Source: Myxococcales bacterium
GTDB taxonomy: Bacteria > Myxococcota_A > UBA9042
DNA: 57,630 nt
Reading direction: 5' to 3'
Assembly (NCBI GenBank): GCA_037441385.1
Contig: JBBISH010000027.1
Location: 1 to 57,630, forward strand
Shown here: positions 9,101-15,665 of the stretch, in pieces
Layout of the letters: the number at the start of each line of letters is the position of its first letter
How positions within the stretch are numbered: position 1 is the first letter of the stretch
Translations under genes and position numbers: made by a program
Notes under the pieces: generated by a model
Database searches by the model: none
Told to the model about the DNA's origin: nothing
Seen by the model: only the letters and a program-made list of their open reading frames with translations

Positions 9101-11239
9101 GCGCACGCGGTCGTGCCAGACGGGGCGGTCTGCAGCGACGGCACCGCCTGCACCGTGGGCGACACTTGCACCGCGGGGGCGTGCAAGCCCGGCACGGCCG
9201 TGGTGTGTCAAGACAATCAGACCTGCACGAGCGACGCCTGCAACCCGACCAGCGGCAACTGCGTCTACACGCCCGTGAGCAACGGCACGGCCTGCAACGA
9301 CGGCAACGAATGCACCAGCGGCGACGCCTGCAAGGCGGGCATCTGCGTATCCGGCACCGTGGGCACCTGCGACGACGGCAACGGCTGCACCAACGACGCC
9401 TGCGACAGCAAGCTGGGCTGCCTGCACACGCCCAAGACGGATGGCAGCGGCTGCAACGACAGTTCGGTCTGCACCACCAGCGACACCTGCAAAGCGGGCA
9501 GTTGCGCGGGCATCGCCGTGGTGTGCGAAGACGGCAACAGCTGCACCGTCAACGGCTGCGACGCGCTCAAGGGCTGCACGTTCACGGCCACGGCCGACGG
9601 CGCGAGCTGCAACGACAACAACGTGTGCACCCAAAACGACGTCTGCGACAAGGGCATCTGCCACGGCACCAACGTGTGCGACGACGGCAACGCGTGCACC
9701 AGCGACGCCTGCTCGGGCGGTTGTAGTCATACGAACAACACCTTCCCCTGCAGCGACGGCAACGCCTGCACCAGCGGCGACGTCTGTGCCCAAGGCAGCT
9801 GCAAGCCCGGCGTCAGTGCAGTCTGCAACGACAACGATCCCTGCACGCTCGACAGCTGTGACCCGGCCAACGGCGCCTGCGTGGCCCCACCTGCAGCCGA
9901 TGGCGCCCCGTGCAGCGATGGCAACCCCTGCACCGGCAGCGACGGCTGCCAAAGCGGGCTCTGCAAGGGCACGGTCTTGGCCAACGGCACGCCGTGCGAC
10001 GACGGCAATGCGTGCACCAGCAGCGACATCTGTATGGACGGCGGCCTCTGCCTGGGCCCTGTGCCCGCCTCGTGCGACGACGGCAACTCGTGCACGACCG
10101 ACAGCTGCGACCCGGTGGCCAAGAAGTGCGTGAATGCCCCTGCCACCGGCCCGTGCGACGACGGCAATGCGTGCACCCTGAGCGATGCGTGCACGGCCAC
10201 AGCCTGCGTAGGCACCCCGGCCAATTGCGGCGACGGCAACTCGTGCACCACCGACACCTGCGATCCCAGCAGCGGTTGCGCGCACACCAGCTTGGCGATG
10301 GGCATGTATTGCGACGATGGCAACCCGTGTTCGGGCCCCGACCGCTGCGCCCTGCAACAGGGGGTCATGACGTGCGCTGCCACCGCCCAGACCGGCTGCG
10401 ACGACAACAATGCTTGCACCACCGACACTTGCGCGGGCTCCTCGTGTACGCACTCGGCCCTGGCGGGCGGCACCGTCTGCAACGACGGCAACCTGTGCAC
10501 CACCGGCGACAACTGCCAAAACCAAGCCGGCGTCATGACTTGCATGTCCACCGGCGTGCTCAGCTGCAGCGACGGCAATCCGTGCACGCCCGACGCATGC
10601 AACGGCACGGTGGCTTGCATTGCCGACGCGGGCAACTGCGACGACAGCAACCCGTGCACTACGGACAGCTGCGGCACCTTGGGCTGTGGCCACACCTATG
10701 CCCCCGAACTCTGTGCGCAACTGCCGCTGGCCTTTAGCGAGACCTTTGACTGTGGCGACACCCAGTGGGTGTTCACGCCGGTCACCTCGGGCGCCGCCGG
10801 CAAGACCAAGGCCCAGTGGGCCATCGACGCCACGCCCGCACCGCCGGCCGCCAAGTCGCAGAGCTGCTCGCTCAACTTCAACGACGGCACGGGCACGGGC
10901 GGGCAAAATAGCGGCAGCGCCGTGAGCAACGGCACGTTCGACGCCACCGGCAAGACCAAGTTGACCTTGACCGTGCAGAGCTGGTTCGACCTGCGCACCG
11001 CCGCGGGCCTGGATCAGCGCATGATCGAGGCCTCGGCCGACGGCTTTGCCACCACGCCGGTGACCGTGACTCTAGACAACTCTGCCGCGCTGCAGACTTG
11101 GAGCCTGGTCACGGTGGACCTGACGCCCATGGCTGGCACCGTGTTCCAGATCCGCTTCCGCTTCAACGGCAAGACCGTGGACCCGGCAAGTTGGCGGAGC
11201 GGCTGGTTCGTCGACGACTTGTTGGTGGTGGCCCAGTAA
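188..11239 (+). CDS. Giant cysteine-rich repeat lipoprotein (Dictyostelium-type CDDGNxCTxDxC repeats) with a C-terminal beta-sandwich domain
   Basis: 3683-aa ORF with GAGG RBS. Signal peptide ends in lipobox-like APGC, followed by an acidic D/E/A-rich linker and ~3350 aa of tandem CxDGNxCTxxDxC repeats. The ~180-aa non-repetitive C-terminus (FSETFD...IRFRF...GWFVDDL) resembles MAM/jelly-roll domains. Confidence 0.9.
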   Translation: MELPQLPRRRWSNAAVRLAALLALASAGAPGCLQLTPKTAQTAATEEPVEEEDIATEEDQQAPAADALVDTAAPSDVVAPAEVDAGPDSPDATDATADLAEDGGAGSPDTGEDTPVEDAGGEVGAAGDATASADTTANCASGCDDGNACTQDSCVAGTCKYKKLGGIDCDDGNPCTYNELCSNGACVGGLSKNCSDGQDCTLDACDPASGCTHVNQDGACDDGNVCNGEDSCQAGKCVGAGALDCDDGNPCTQDTCANSMGCQHSSGNGTCDDGDPCTAGDTCQKGSCVGGSPTQCDDGNPCTLDGCDPATGCVAVAGPEGPCNDGSACTTGDACSQGGCAGTPTVCVDQNPCTSESCDPVKGCVYLPLAATACDDGSSCTQQDACQNGKCTGTGGPDCDDGNPCTDDGCSPQTGCSHKFNTAACEDGEPCTTGDTCAAGTCTAGTPNLCDDSLPCTADSCAAGQGCVHTASTDACSDGNECTTGDTCADGACVGGSADPCNDSNPCTADGCVPGKGCTHQATPAKSCDDGDPCTTGDTCQTAKCTAGPAAKCDDGNKCTDDLCLVGYGCVAKPNKATCSDGNACTTVDLCSGGSCGGSTAPNCDDNNPCTDDGCSPQTGCSHTPADGDCSDGDACTAPDTCTKGVCVGGAATNCDDGDPCTVESCDAKLGCLAKAGGTAPCDDGNPCTNSEACKNGACSGGAATNCSDGNPCTADACDPTTGCTATPISAACSDGDACTAGDACQNGKCTSAGTTNCDDGLECTDDACNPKSGCSHTANTQACDDNNPCTTGETCSGGSCAGGKPSNCDDGLPCTGDGCTALGGCVHTLTTGPCSDGNACTGTDTCQGGQCAGGAPVACNDGKVCTTDACDPKQGCVFAANQDACTDGNSCTTGDVCTGGTCKPTGSQDCDDGNACTSDACVNGVGCTHVGTSGTCDDGNACTTGDACASGVCSGSGGDCDDGKPCTQDTCDPQQGCSNVELPVGSTCAEAVVCSPADCDDKNTCTNDTCSTKQGCVHTPNFSACDDGKPCTVVDACSQGSCGGKTAPCGDDNPCTVDSCDPTVGCMHVPAPSACDDGNACTLSDACSAGLCVSGPNLNCDDQNLCTADSCNSKTGCAHTANTLPCDDGSACSLGDTCSNGTCKGAAVLGCDDGISCTSDSCAPATGCVHTANTLACSDGNACTQGDVCAGGSCQPGTTAACSDANPCTADSCDKSAGCVHVATTGTCEDGSACTVGDTCTGGTCKPGAAPNCDDQNPCTSDGCDAKLGCVHPANSAPCSDGKVCTTSDVCSGGSCAGGPPPTCDDKNACTVDLCDVSAGCVHSATVGPCSDGNACTTGDTCSGGVCKGGAVQTCDDNNPCTNDTCNVTIGCSHTANSAPCSDGDMCTVGDACSAGTCTGTPLACDDGNPCTSDTCQTGSGCSHSALADGASCDDGDPCTSGDQCLASACKAGGASNCDDNKPCTTDTCNSSTGCAHTQVAEGSGCSDGNPCTIGDTCGGGVCLPGPVSATCANVCLSKGIDCSDGNGCTVDTCNPSTGACAHTAAPNGTTCDDGKPCTTADACKNGACTGNAGACSDNNPCTVDTCDPASGACSLANAATGTACNDGNACTLGDTCSSGTCGGPPKLCSDGNTCTDDVCNPSTGSCSYPLRADGASCDDKNLCTVAEICKLGVCTGPAVVCDDGNPCTGDACDLNTGKCSFFAVSDGTTCNDGAACTASDVCKSGKCTGTAKVCNDNNPCTIDSCDASSGSCVAATLPDSSACNDGSACTATDYCQAGKCTGTAKVCTDSNPCTVDTCVPASGACSFAAGADGQPCDDGMACTQSDACKAGKCIGTAKVCSDSNPCTIDACSALTGLCTYSNAAAGTACDDGSACTSSDACSAGLCKGTAKVCNDGLPCTADTCNPVSGACSSTALPNGLNCDDGKACTQGDACQQGACTGAAVVCSDSNACTTDACNPTTGLCTFAPVSGGTCDDGNPCTSSDTCKSGSCTGTAKSCDDGNQCTVDTCNPATGLCSSSNLADGSPCNDGDATTNPDTCTGGACSGPTKVCDDKNVCTSDTLDPKTGTCVFAALGSQTLCDDGVLCTVNDACAMGKCMGTAKNCSDGNPCTSDLCESSSGACKNLVVADGTACSDGQACTLSDSCKAGTCTGLAKVCSDGNACTSDSCDPSSGACVFANTAAGSPCSDGKPCTVGDACQGGTCTGSAKVCDDSNPCTTDTCDTGTGNCTAVAVANGTGCNDGQACTGSDACQNGSCVGIAKVCNDNNACTVDTCDPDTGACSAAPVSDGAPCSDGQACTTGDVCKSGSCTGTAKDCGDGNPCTTDGCNPATGQCTTTLVPDGGPCNDGLACTQNDACKAASCKGTATNCDDSNPCTTDSCDPSTGACKNPPVSDGSSCDDGAFCTVSDACKQGTCAGTTRSCDDSNPCTTDTCSDLTAACILTPLTSGTPCDDGKPCTTADACQVGYCVGKAKVCDDSNVCSSDACNTANGNCVFSPVSNGTSCSDSDACTSLDSCQAGACKGTAKLCNDSNVCTTDSCNSSSGNCVFANVTDGANCDDGKLCTLADACSSGTCAGTPKSCSDGNACTADTCDPASGTCASVAVPPGGACDDGQPCTAGDVCTGGTCAGTPQVCNDGNVCTTDSCDPGSGTCVATNVADGTLCDDGVACTQSDACKGGACAGAPKVCNDNSVCTQDKCDFNTGNCVYTNLTDGTNCNDNNPCTASDKCAAGACTGQTKVCNDGNACTTDACNTTSGVCVFANATDGTLCDDGKPCTTQDNCKAGACTGTAKVCDDGSTCTTDACNALTGACVFTKFTDGTACDDGKSCTQSDQCTAGACTGTLTPCNDNNPCTSDTCNSGTGNCVFVAVADNTACDDASKCTSGDACKSGTCAGTAKVCNDGKACTDDFCVPSLGICDAVFSPDGSPCDDGVACTSNDSCTTGVCSGIAAACDDGNDCTADTCNAQGTCAHAVVPDGAVCSDGTACTVGDTCTAGACKPGTAVVCQDNQTCTSDACNPTSGNCVYTPVSNGTACNDGNECTSGDACKAGICVSGTVGTCDDGNGCTNDACDSKLGCLHTPKTDGSGCNDSSVCTTSDTCKAGSCAGIAVVCEDGNSCTVNGCDALKGCTFTATADGASCNDNNVCTQNDVCDKGICHGTNVCDDGNACTSDACSGGCSHTNNTFPCSDGNACTSGDVCAQGSCKPGVSAVCNDNDPCTLDSCDPANGACVAPPAADGAPCSDGNPCTGSDGCQSGLCKGTVLANGTPCDDGNACTSSDICMDGGLCLGPVPASCDDGNSCTTDSCDPVAKKCVNAPATGPCDDGNACTLSDACTATACVGTPANCGDGNSCTTDTCDPSSGCAHTSLAMGMYCDDGNPCSGPDRCALQQGVMTCAATAQTGCDDNNACTTDTCAGSSCTHSALAGGTVCNDGNLCTTGDNCQNQAGVMTCMSTGVLSCSDGNPCTPDACNGTVACIADAGNCDDSNPCTTDSCGTLGCGHTYAPELCAQLPLAFSETFDCGDTQWVFTPVTSGAAGKTKAQWAIDATPAPPAAKSQSCSLNFNDGTGTGGQNSGSAVSNGTFDATGKTKLTLTVQSWFDLRTAAGLDQRMIEASADGFATTPVTVTLDNSAALQTWSLVTVDLTPMAGTVFQIRFRFNGKTVDPASWRSGWFVDDLLVVAQ
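601..10700 (+). repeat. Intragenic tandem array of degenerate Cys-rich repeats (~50-aa doublet unit with 8 Cys)
   Basis: The DNA motif tgcgacgacggcaac...tgcacc recurs throughout; units are diverged at the nucleotide level. Confidence 0.9.
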
Positions 11240-11446
11240 TACGCACCCCACCTGATTCGCACCTGTTTGGTTTCTACGAACGGCATACATCTTGCTAAAA
11301 TTACACTGAAATCAACGTCCGAGCCACAAGAGTTGCCGGCGTTTTCGAGCCACTTCGGACGGAACCGGAATAGCCCCGTTGCGGCTGGCCTCGCCCGGTT
11401 GCTGCGGCTACACTCCCCAGCGGCTGCGCCGGCGCTGCGGCCAAGG

Positions 11447-13603
11447 ATGGGGATGCAACCGCCCGCTGTTCCAGCACATTCCGACCGCCGCTGGATCGCC
11501 CTGGCCTATGTGGCCGCAGTGCTGCTGCCAGTGGCGATTGGCTGGAAAGTGGCTGGGTTCGATCAAGTCGGCCTGGACACGCCGCGTATGGACAGCGGCG
11601 ACGTCTTGGCCCCGGCCATCGGCTTCCGCGCCATCTTGGAGCAGCCCTGGTTCATGAGCATCGCGCGTTTGGGGGCGCCCAATCAGCTCGAGCTCTACGA
11701 TTTCCCCATCATCGACAACCTGCAGCTCGCCCTGTTTTGGCCGCTGCGCTTTGTGATTCACGATTGGGTGGTGCTGTACAACGTGGCCTATCTGGTCGGT
11801 TTTGCGCTGATTGGTCTGAGCAGCTTTGGCGTGTTGCGCGCCTTGCGCGTGGGTCCCGCCCCTGCCCTGGCCGCGGCGACCTTGTTTGCCTGCCTGCCCA
11901 AGCGCTTCAGCGTGGGCCAAGCGCACTTTTCGCTCACGCAGTTCTGGCAGATCCCGCTGGCCGTGCTGGTGCTGGTCTGGCTGTGCGATCCGGACCGTCC
12001 GCTCTGGCAACCCAGGCAGGGATGGCGCACGGCGCTGCGCGACCGCCGCCTGTGGATCGCCTTGGCAGCCTGCGCGCTGGTGGCGGTCAATAGCCCGTAC
12101 TACACGTATTTCTTTGGCTTGTTGCTGGTCATGCTTGGGGCTTGGGCTGCGGCCGAACAGCGAAGCTGGACTCCCGCGGGCACGGCGCTGATGCTGGCCG
12201 CGTGGACCGGCGTGGTGTTCGCGATCCAGCTGTGGCCGTCGCTGGCGTATTGGCTCGAGCACGGATCCAATCAGGTCGCGGCCATGCGCAACCCTGGCGA
12301 GGCCGAGCTCTACGGCCTGAAGCTCATCCAAATGCTGATGCCGGTCGAGTGGCACCGGGCCGAGTCGCTCCGCCTGGTCGCGCACTACTACGCGCTCAAC
12401 GCCCCGCTGGTCAACGAGAATCAGTCGACTGCGCTGGGTGCGGTCGGTAGCGCAGGCCTGCTGGGCTTGCTGGGCCGCGCAGTGGTGCGGCGGCAGCCCA
12501 AGGTGACGCCCGCGGTGACGCTGGCCATCGTCGTCGCCGCGACCCTGCTGCTGGCGACCGTGGGTGGTCTGGGCGCAGCAATCAACCGTTGGATTTTGCC
12601 CACGTTTCGCGTGTACGCCCGCATCAGCGTGTTTGTGGCGTTTGCCAGTCTTGCGGCCGTGGCGCTGGCAATCCAGCAGCTAGAGCAGCGCAAGCGCTGG
12701 TTGCCCTGGCTGGTGGCCCCGGCTGTCATGGCCTTTGGCATTTGGGACCAGACCGTGCCGGTCGATGCTGCGGCACTGGACGCGACGCGCAGCCGGCTGC
12801 AGGCGATGCGCGAATTCGTGGCGCAGGTGGAGGCCAAGCTGCCTGTTTCCGCTCAGGTTCTTCAGCTGCCGTACATGCAGTTCCCCGAAAATGGCCGCCT
12901 GGTGCAAATGCACGACTACGAGCACCTGCGCCCGTGGCTCTTGGGCAGCCGGCTGCGCTGGAGCTACCCGGCCATCAAGGGCCGGATCGAGGCCGAGTGG
13001 GCCCAGCGCGTCTCGAACCTGCCCGTGCCAGCCATGCTGACCCGCCTCTCGAACAGTGGTTTTTCGGGCATTTGGCTGGATCGGCGCGGCTACGAGGACC
13101 GCGGCGCCCAGCTCGAGGCCCAGCTTACTGCGGTACTGGGGCGGCAGCCCCTGGTCGACCGTACCGGCGACTTGGCCTTCTACACGCTGACGCCGCCCAG
13201 CACCGATGCCAAAGTCTTGGATTTGGCTCAGCATCCGCTGGTGCTGCATATCCGCAATGGCTGCTATGGTTTGGAGCATGAGCCGGACCAAAGCGAGTTC
13301 TACTGGTGCCGCGCGCACGGGCAGATCGAGCTTGCCAACGATGCCCAGGTGACGCGGCAGGCCCGGCTGCGTCTGGCCGTGCAAGTGGCCAATTCGCCCT
13401 GTCCTTGGTCCCTGCGCGGCCCGTTGTTGGCGCAGCCCGCGGTGCTGCCCCAAGGTATGGGTTGGGTCGACCTGCCCGTCCAACTTCCCCCTGGCCGGCA
13501 CGTCCTGACCTTTGCCGCCGAGTGCCCCACCGAGGCCCTGGTCAACGACTCGCGGCAGCTCAGCTGGCGAATGCGCCGCCCCACGCTTCGGGAATTGCCC
13601 TAG
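11447..13603 (+). CDS. Polytopic membrane protein, probable GT-C-fold glycosyl/phosphoglycerol transferase-like (YfhO-like)
   Basis: More than ten hydrophobic segments. Motifs YDFPxxD, ExExYGLK, RVYARISVF, LQLPYxxFPE...DYxH and LRWSY, plus a soluble C-terminal domain. The start is uncertain (in-frame ATGs at 11447 and 11453). Confidence 0.6.
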   Translation: MGMQPPAVPAHSDRRWIALAYVAAVLLPVAIGWKVAGFDQVGLDTPRMDSGDVLAPAIGFRAILEQPWFMSIARLGAPNQLELYDFPIIDNLQLALFWPLRFVIHDWVVLYNVAYLVGFALIGLSSFGVLRALRVGPAPALAAATLFACLPKRFSVGQAHFSLTQFWQIPLAVLVLVWLCDPDRPLWQPRQGWRTALRDRRLWIALAACALVAVNSPYYTYFFGLLLVMLGAWAAAEQRSWTPAGTALMLAAWTGVVFAIQLWPSLAYWLEHGSNQVAAMRNPGEAELYGLKLIQMLMPVEWHRAESLRLVAHYYALNAPLVNENQSTALGAVGSAGLLGLLGRAVVRRQPKVTPAVTLAIVVAATLLLATVGGLGAAINRWILPTFRVYARISVFVAFASLAAVALAIQQLEQRKRWLPWLVAPAVMAFGIWDQTVPVDAAALDATRSRLQAMREFVAQVEAKLPVSAQVLQLPYMQFPENGRLVQMHDYEHLRPWLLGSRLRWSYPAIKGRIEAEWAQRVSNLPVPAMLTRLSNSGFSGIWLDRRGYEDRGAQLEAQLTAVLGRQPLVDRTGDLAFYTLTPPSTDAKVLDLAQHPLVLHIRNGCYGLEHEPDQSEFYWCRAHGQIELANDAQVTRQARLRLAVQVANSPCPWSLRGPLLAQPAVLPQGMGWVDLPVQLPPGRHVLTFAAECPTEALVNDSRQLSWRMRRPTLRELP

Positions 13604-13723
13604 ATCGTCAGCAATAGCTTTGCGTTTAAGAAGCTAACCATTCAATTTAAATTGCACTTCCTTGCGTTCTTGATTCGTCGGCGAACGCAATGTGATACAT
13701 TGCACTTGCAGCCATAACTGGTC

Positions 13724-13784
13724 CAAAAAGCAGGAAACCCGCCGCCCCATCTTCTGCCGAAGCAGGGAAAGGGCGACGGGTTCC
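13724..13784 (-). terminator. Rho-independent terminator for the citrate synthase gene
   Basis: Long GC hairpin (ggaaacccgccgccc...gggcgacgggttcc) followed on the minus strand by a T-tract (gctttttgg), ~30 nt after the stop codon. Confidence 0.7.
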
Positions 13785-13815
13785 GTTGCGAACCTTGGAC
13801 CTCAGCCCAAGCGGG

Positions 13816-15126
13816 CTAGGCGCGGCCGCCCTTCTCGGCCCATTCTTCCAGCATCGCGGTGGTGACGGACTTGGGGCGCTCCAGCGCGTAGCCCAGGCCG
13901 CGGTCCCAGGTGATGTTGGCCAACACGCCAATGGCGCGGCCGACGCCGAACAGCACGGTGTAGAAGTCGTACTCGGTCAGGCCGTAGTACCACTGGATCA
14001 CGCCGCTCTGCGCGTCGACGTTCGGCCAGGGGTTCTTGGTCTTGCCCTGCTCGGTCAGCACGCCCGGGGCCACCTTGTAGATCATGTTGACCAGCTTGAA
14101 GAGCGGGTCGGCCGGCAGGTGCTTCTGGCAGAATTCCATCTGCGCGGTGTAGCGGGGGTCGGTCTTGCGGAGCACGGCGTGGCCGTAGCCCGGGATGACC
14201 TGGCCGGCGTTCAGCGTGTCCCACAGGGCCGCCTTCACGTTCTCTTCGGTCGGCTCGGCGCCGTTCAGCTTCTTTTGGAAGTTCATGATCCAGCCCAACA
14301 CTTCCTGGTTCGCCAGGCCGTGCAGCGGGCCCGCCAGACCGTTCAGGCCGGCGCTGAAGCTGTAGTACGCGTCCGACAGCGCCGACGCGACCAGGTGGGT
14401 GGTGTGGGCGCTGACGTTGCCGCTCTCGTGGTCGCTGTGCAGGATGAAGTACATGCGGGCGACGTCGTCGTACGGCGCCTTGATGCCCATCATGTGCGCG
14501 AAATTGGCGCCAAAGTCCAGGTTGTAGTCCGGGGCGATGATGTCGCCGCCCTTGTACTTGTAGCGGTAGATGAACGCCGCGATTTCCGGCAGCTTGGCCA
14601 GCAGGTCGCAGGCGTCCTCGTACATCGGGTCCCAGTACTCGGTCTTCTTCATGCTGTGGTACTTGGCCGTGAACTTGCTTTCCTTCTGCATGGCCACGAC
14701 CGCCGCCGAGAACATCGCCATCGGGTGGCTGTCCTTGGGCATGGCGCGGATCACGTCGAACACGTAGCCCGGCACCTTGGCGCGCACCTTGAAATCCGCC
14801 TGCACTTCAGCGGCTTGCTCGGCGGTGGGGATCTCGCCGGTCAGCATGAAGTACCAGAACGACTCCACCGTGGGGTACTCGGCGCCCTTCAGCTTGGGCA
14901 GCGCGGCAAAGGTCTCGGGGATGTTCTTGCCGCGGAAGCGGATGCCCTCTTGCGGGTCCAGGTACGAAATGTCGGTGACCAGCGCCTTGATGTCGCGGGC
15001 GCCGCCGATGCACTGGTCGATGGTCACTTCGTCGATGACCACCTTGCCGAACTCTTTGGTAAGACGGGTGATGCGCGGACGGTGCGCCTCGATTTTCGCC
15101 TGCAGATTGGTCTTGAGCTGACTCAC
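13816..15126 (-). CDS. gltA: Citrate (Si)-synthase, eukaryote/Geobacter-type
   Basis: Motifs HSDHESGNVSAH, LAGPLHGLANQE, IPGYGHAVLRKTDPR, NPWPNVDAQSG and LERPKS. Probable GTG start at 15126 after GGAGG; the ORF is open to 15159. Confidence 0.95.
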   Translation of the reverse strand: MSQLKTNLQAKIEAHRPRITRLTKEFGKVVIDEVTIDQCIGGARDIKALVTDISYLDPQEGIRFRGKNIPETFAALPKLKGAEYPTVESFWYFMLTGEIPTAEQAAEVQADFKVRAKVPGYVFDVIRAMPKDSHPMAMFSAAVVAMQKESKFTAKYHSMKKTEYWDPMYEDACDLLAKLPEIAAFIYRYKYKGGDIIAPDYNLDFGANFAHMMGIKAPYDDVARMYFILHSDHESGNVSAHTTHLVASALSDAYYSFSAGLNGLAGPLHGLANQEVLGWIMNFQKKLNGAEPTEENVKAALWDTLNAGQVIPGYGHAVLRKTDPRYTAQMEFCQKHLPADPLFKLVNMIYKVAPGVLTEQGKTKNPWPNVDAQSGVIQWYYGLTEYDFYTVLFGVGRAIGVLANITWDRGLGYALERPKSVTTAMLEEWAEKGGRA

Positions 15127-15665
15127 GGTGGCCTCCATCAACATGAAATGCCCTCCCATCGCGATGCTTGGTGGCGGGTGGGAGGATTCGTCTGCGAGGT
15201 CGGCGAACGGCCCGATGCGTCAGGAGGCCGTGTCCGCTCGCTCTGCTCGTGTGCCTCGGATGTCCGGGGAACTCTTCGGGAAATGTCGCTTCGCCGCGCG
15301 GTGGTCTGGACCGTCCAGGGGGTGCCTACGCGACGCGCTGTGGTTCTACGCCCGCCCACCCGGCGCCGTCAACCAACGCGACCGATGCGAAACATGGGCG
15401 ATGGGGGACGGGCCGTGGCTCAGTGCCGGCCCTGTTGCTGCCAACGGGCACGCCCGCCCAAAGGCAAAGTGTTCAGCAATAGCAAGTAGTTCGCGGGTCT
15501 GAGCCGGGCGAACCGGTCGGCCGGCCAGCGCCAGATCCACAGTCGCGATCGCGCACGCAGGATCCGCCGATGACGATCCGCGCCGTGGGCCTTGGCTGCG
15601 GGCCCGCCACGCGCGACATGCTCGTGACACTCGTGACAATTCCGGGACGCCGGCCGAGCCAAAAC

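Noticed and set aside
601..10700. Regularly spaced DNA repeats that could suggest a CRISPR array or DGR
   Set aside because: The repeats are in-frame, degenerate at third codon positions and protein-coding; there are no cas or reverse transcriptase genes.
3590..10906. Very long antisense ORFs (3590-7585 and 7637-10906)
   Set aside because: Shadow frames produced by the GC-rich, repetitive codon usage of the giant gene; low-complexity A/G/V/R translation with no motifs.
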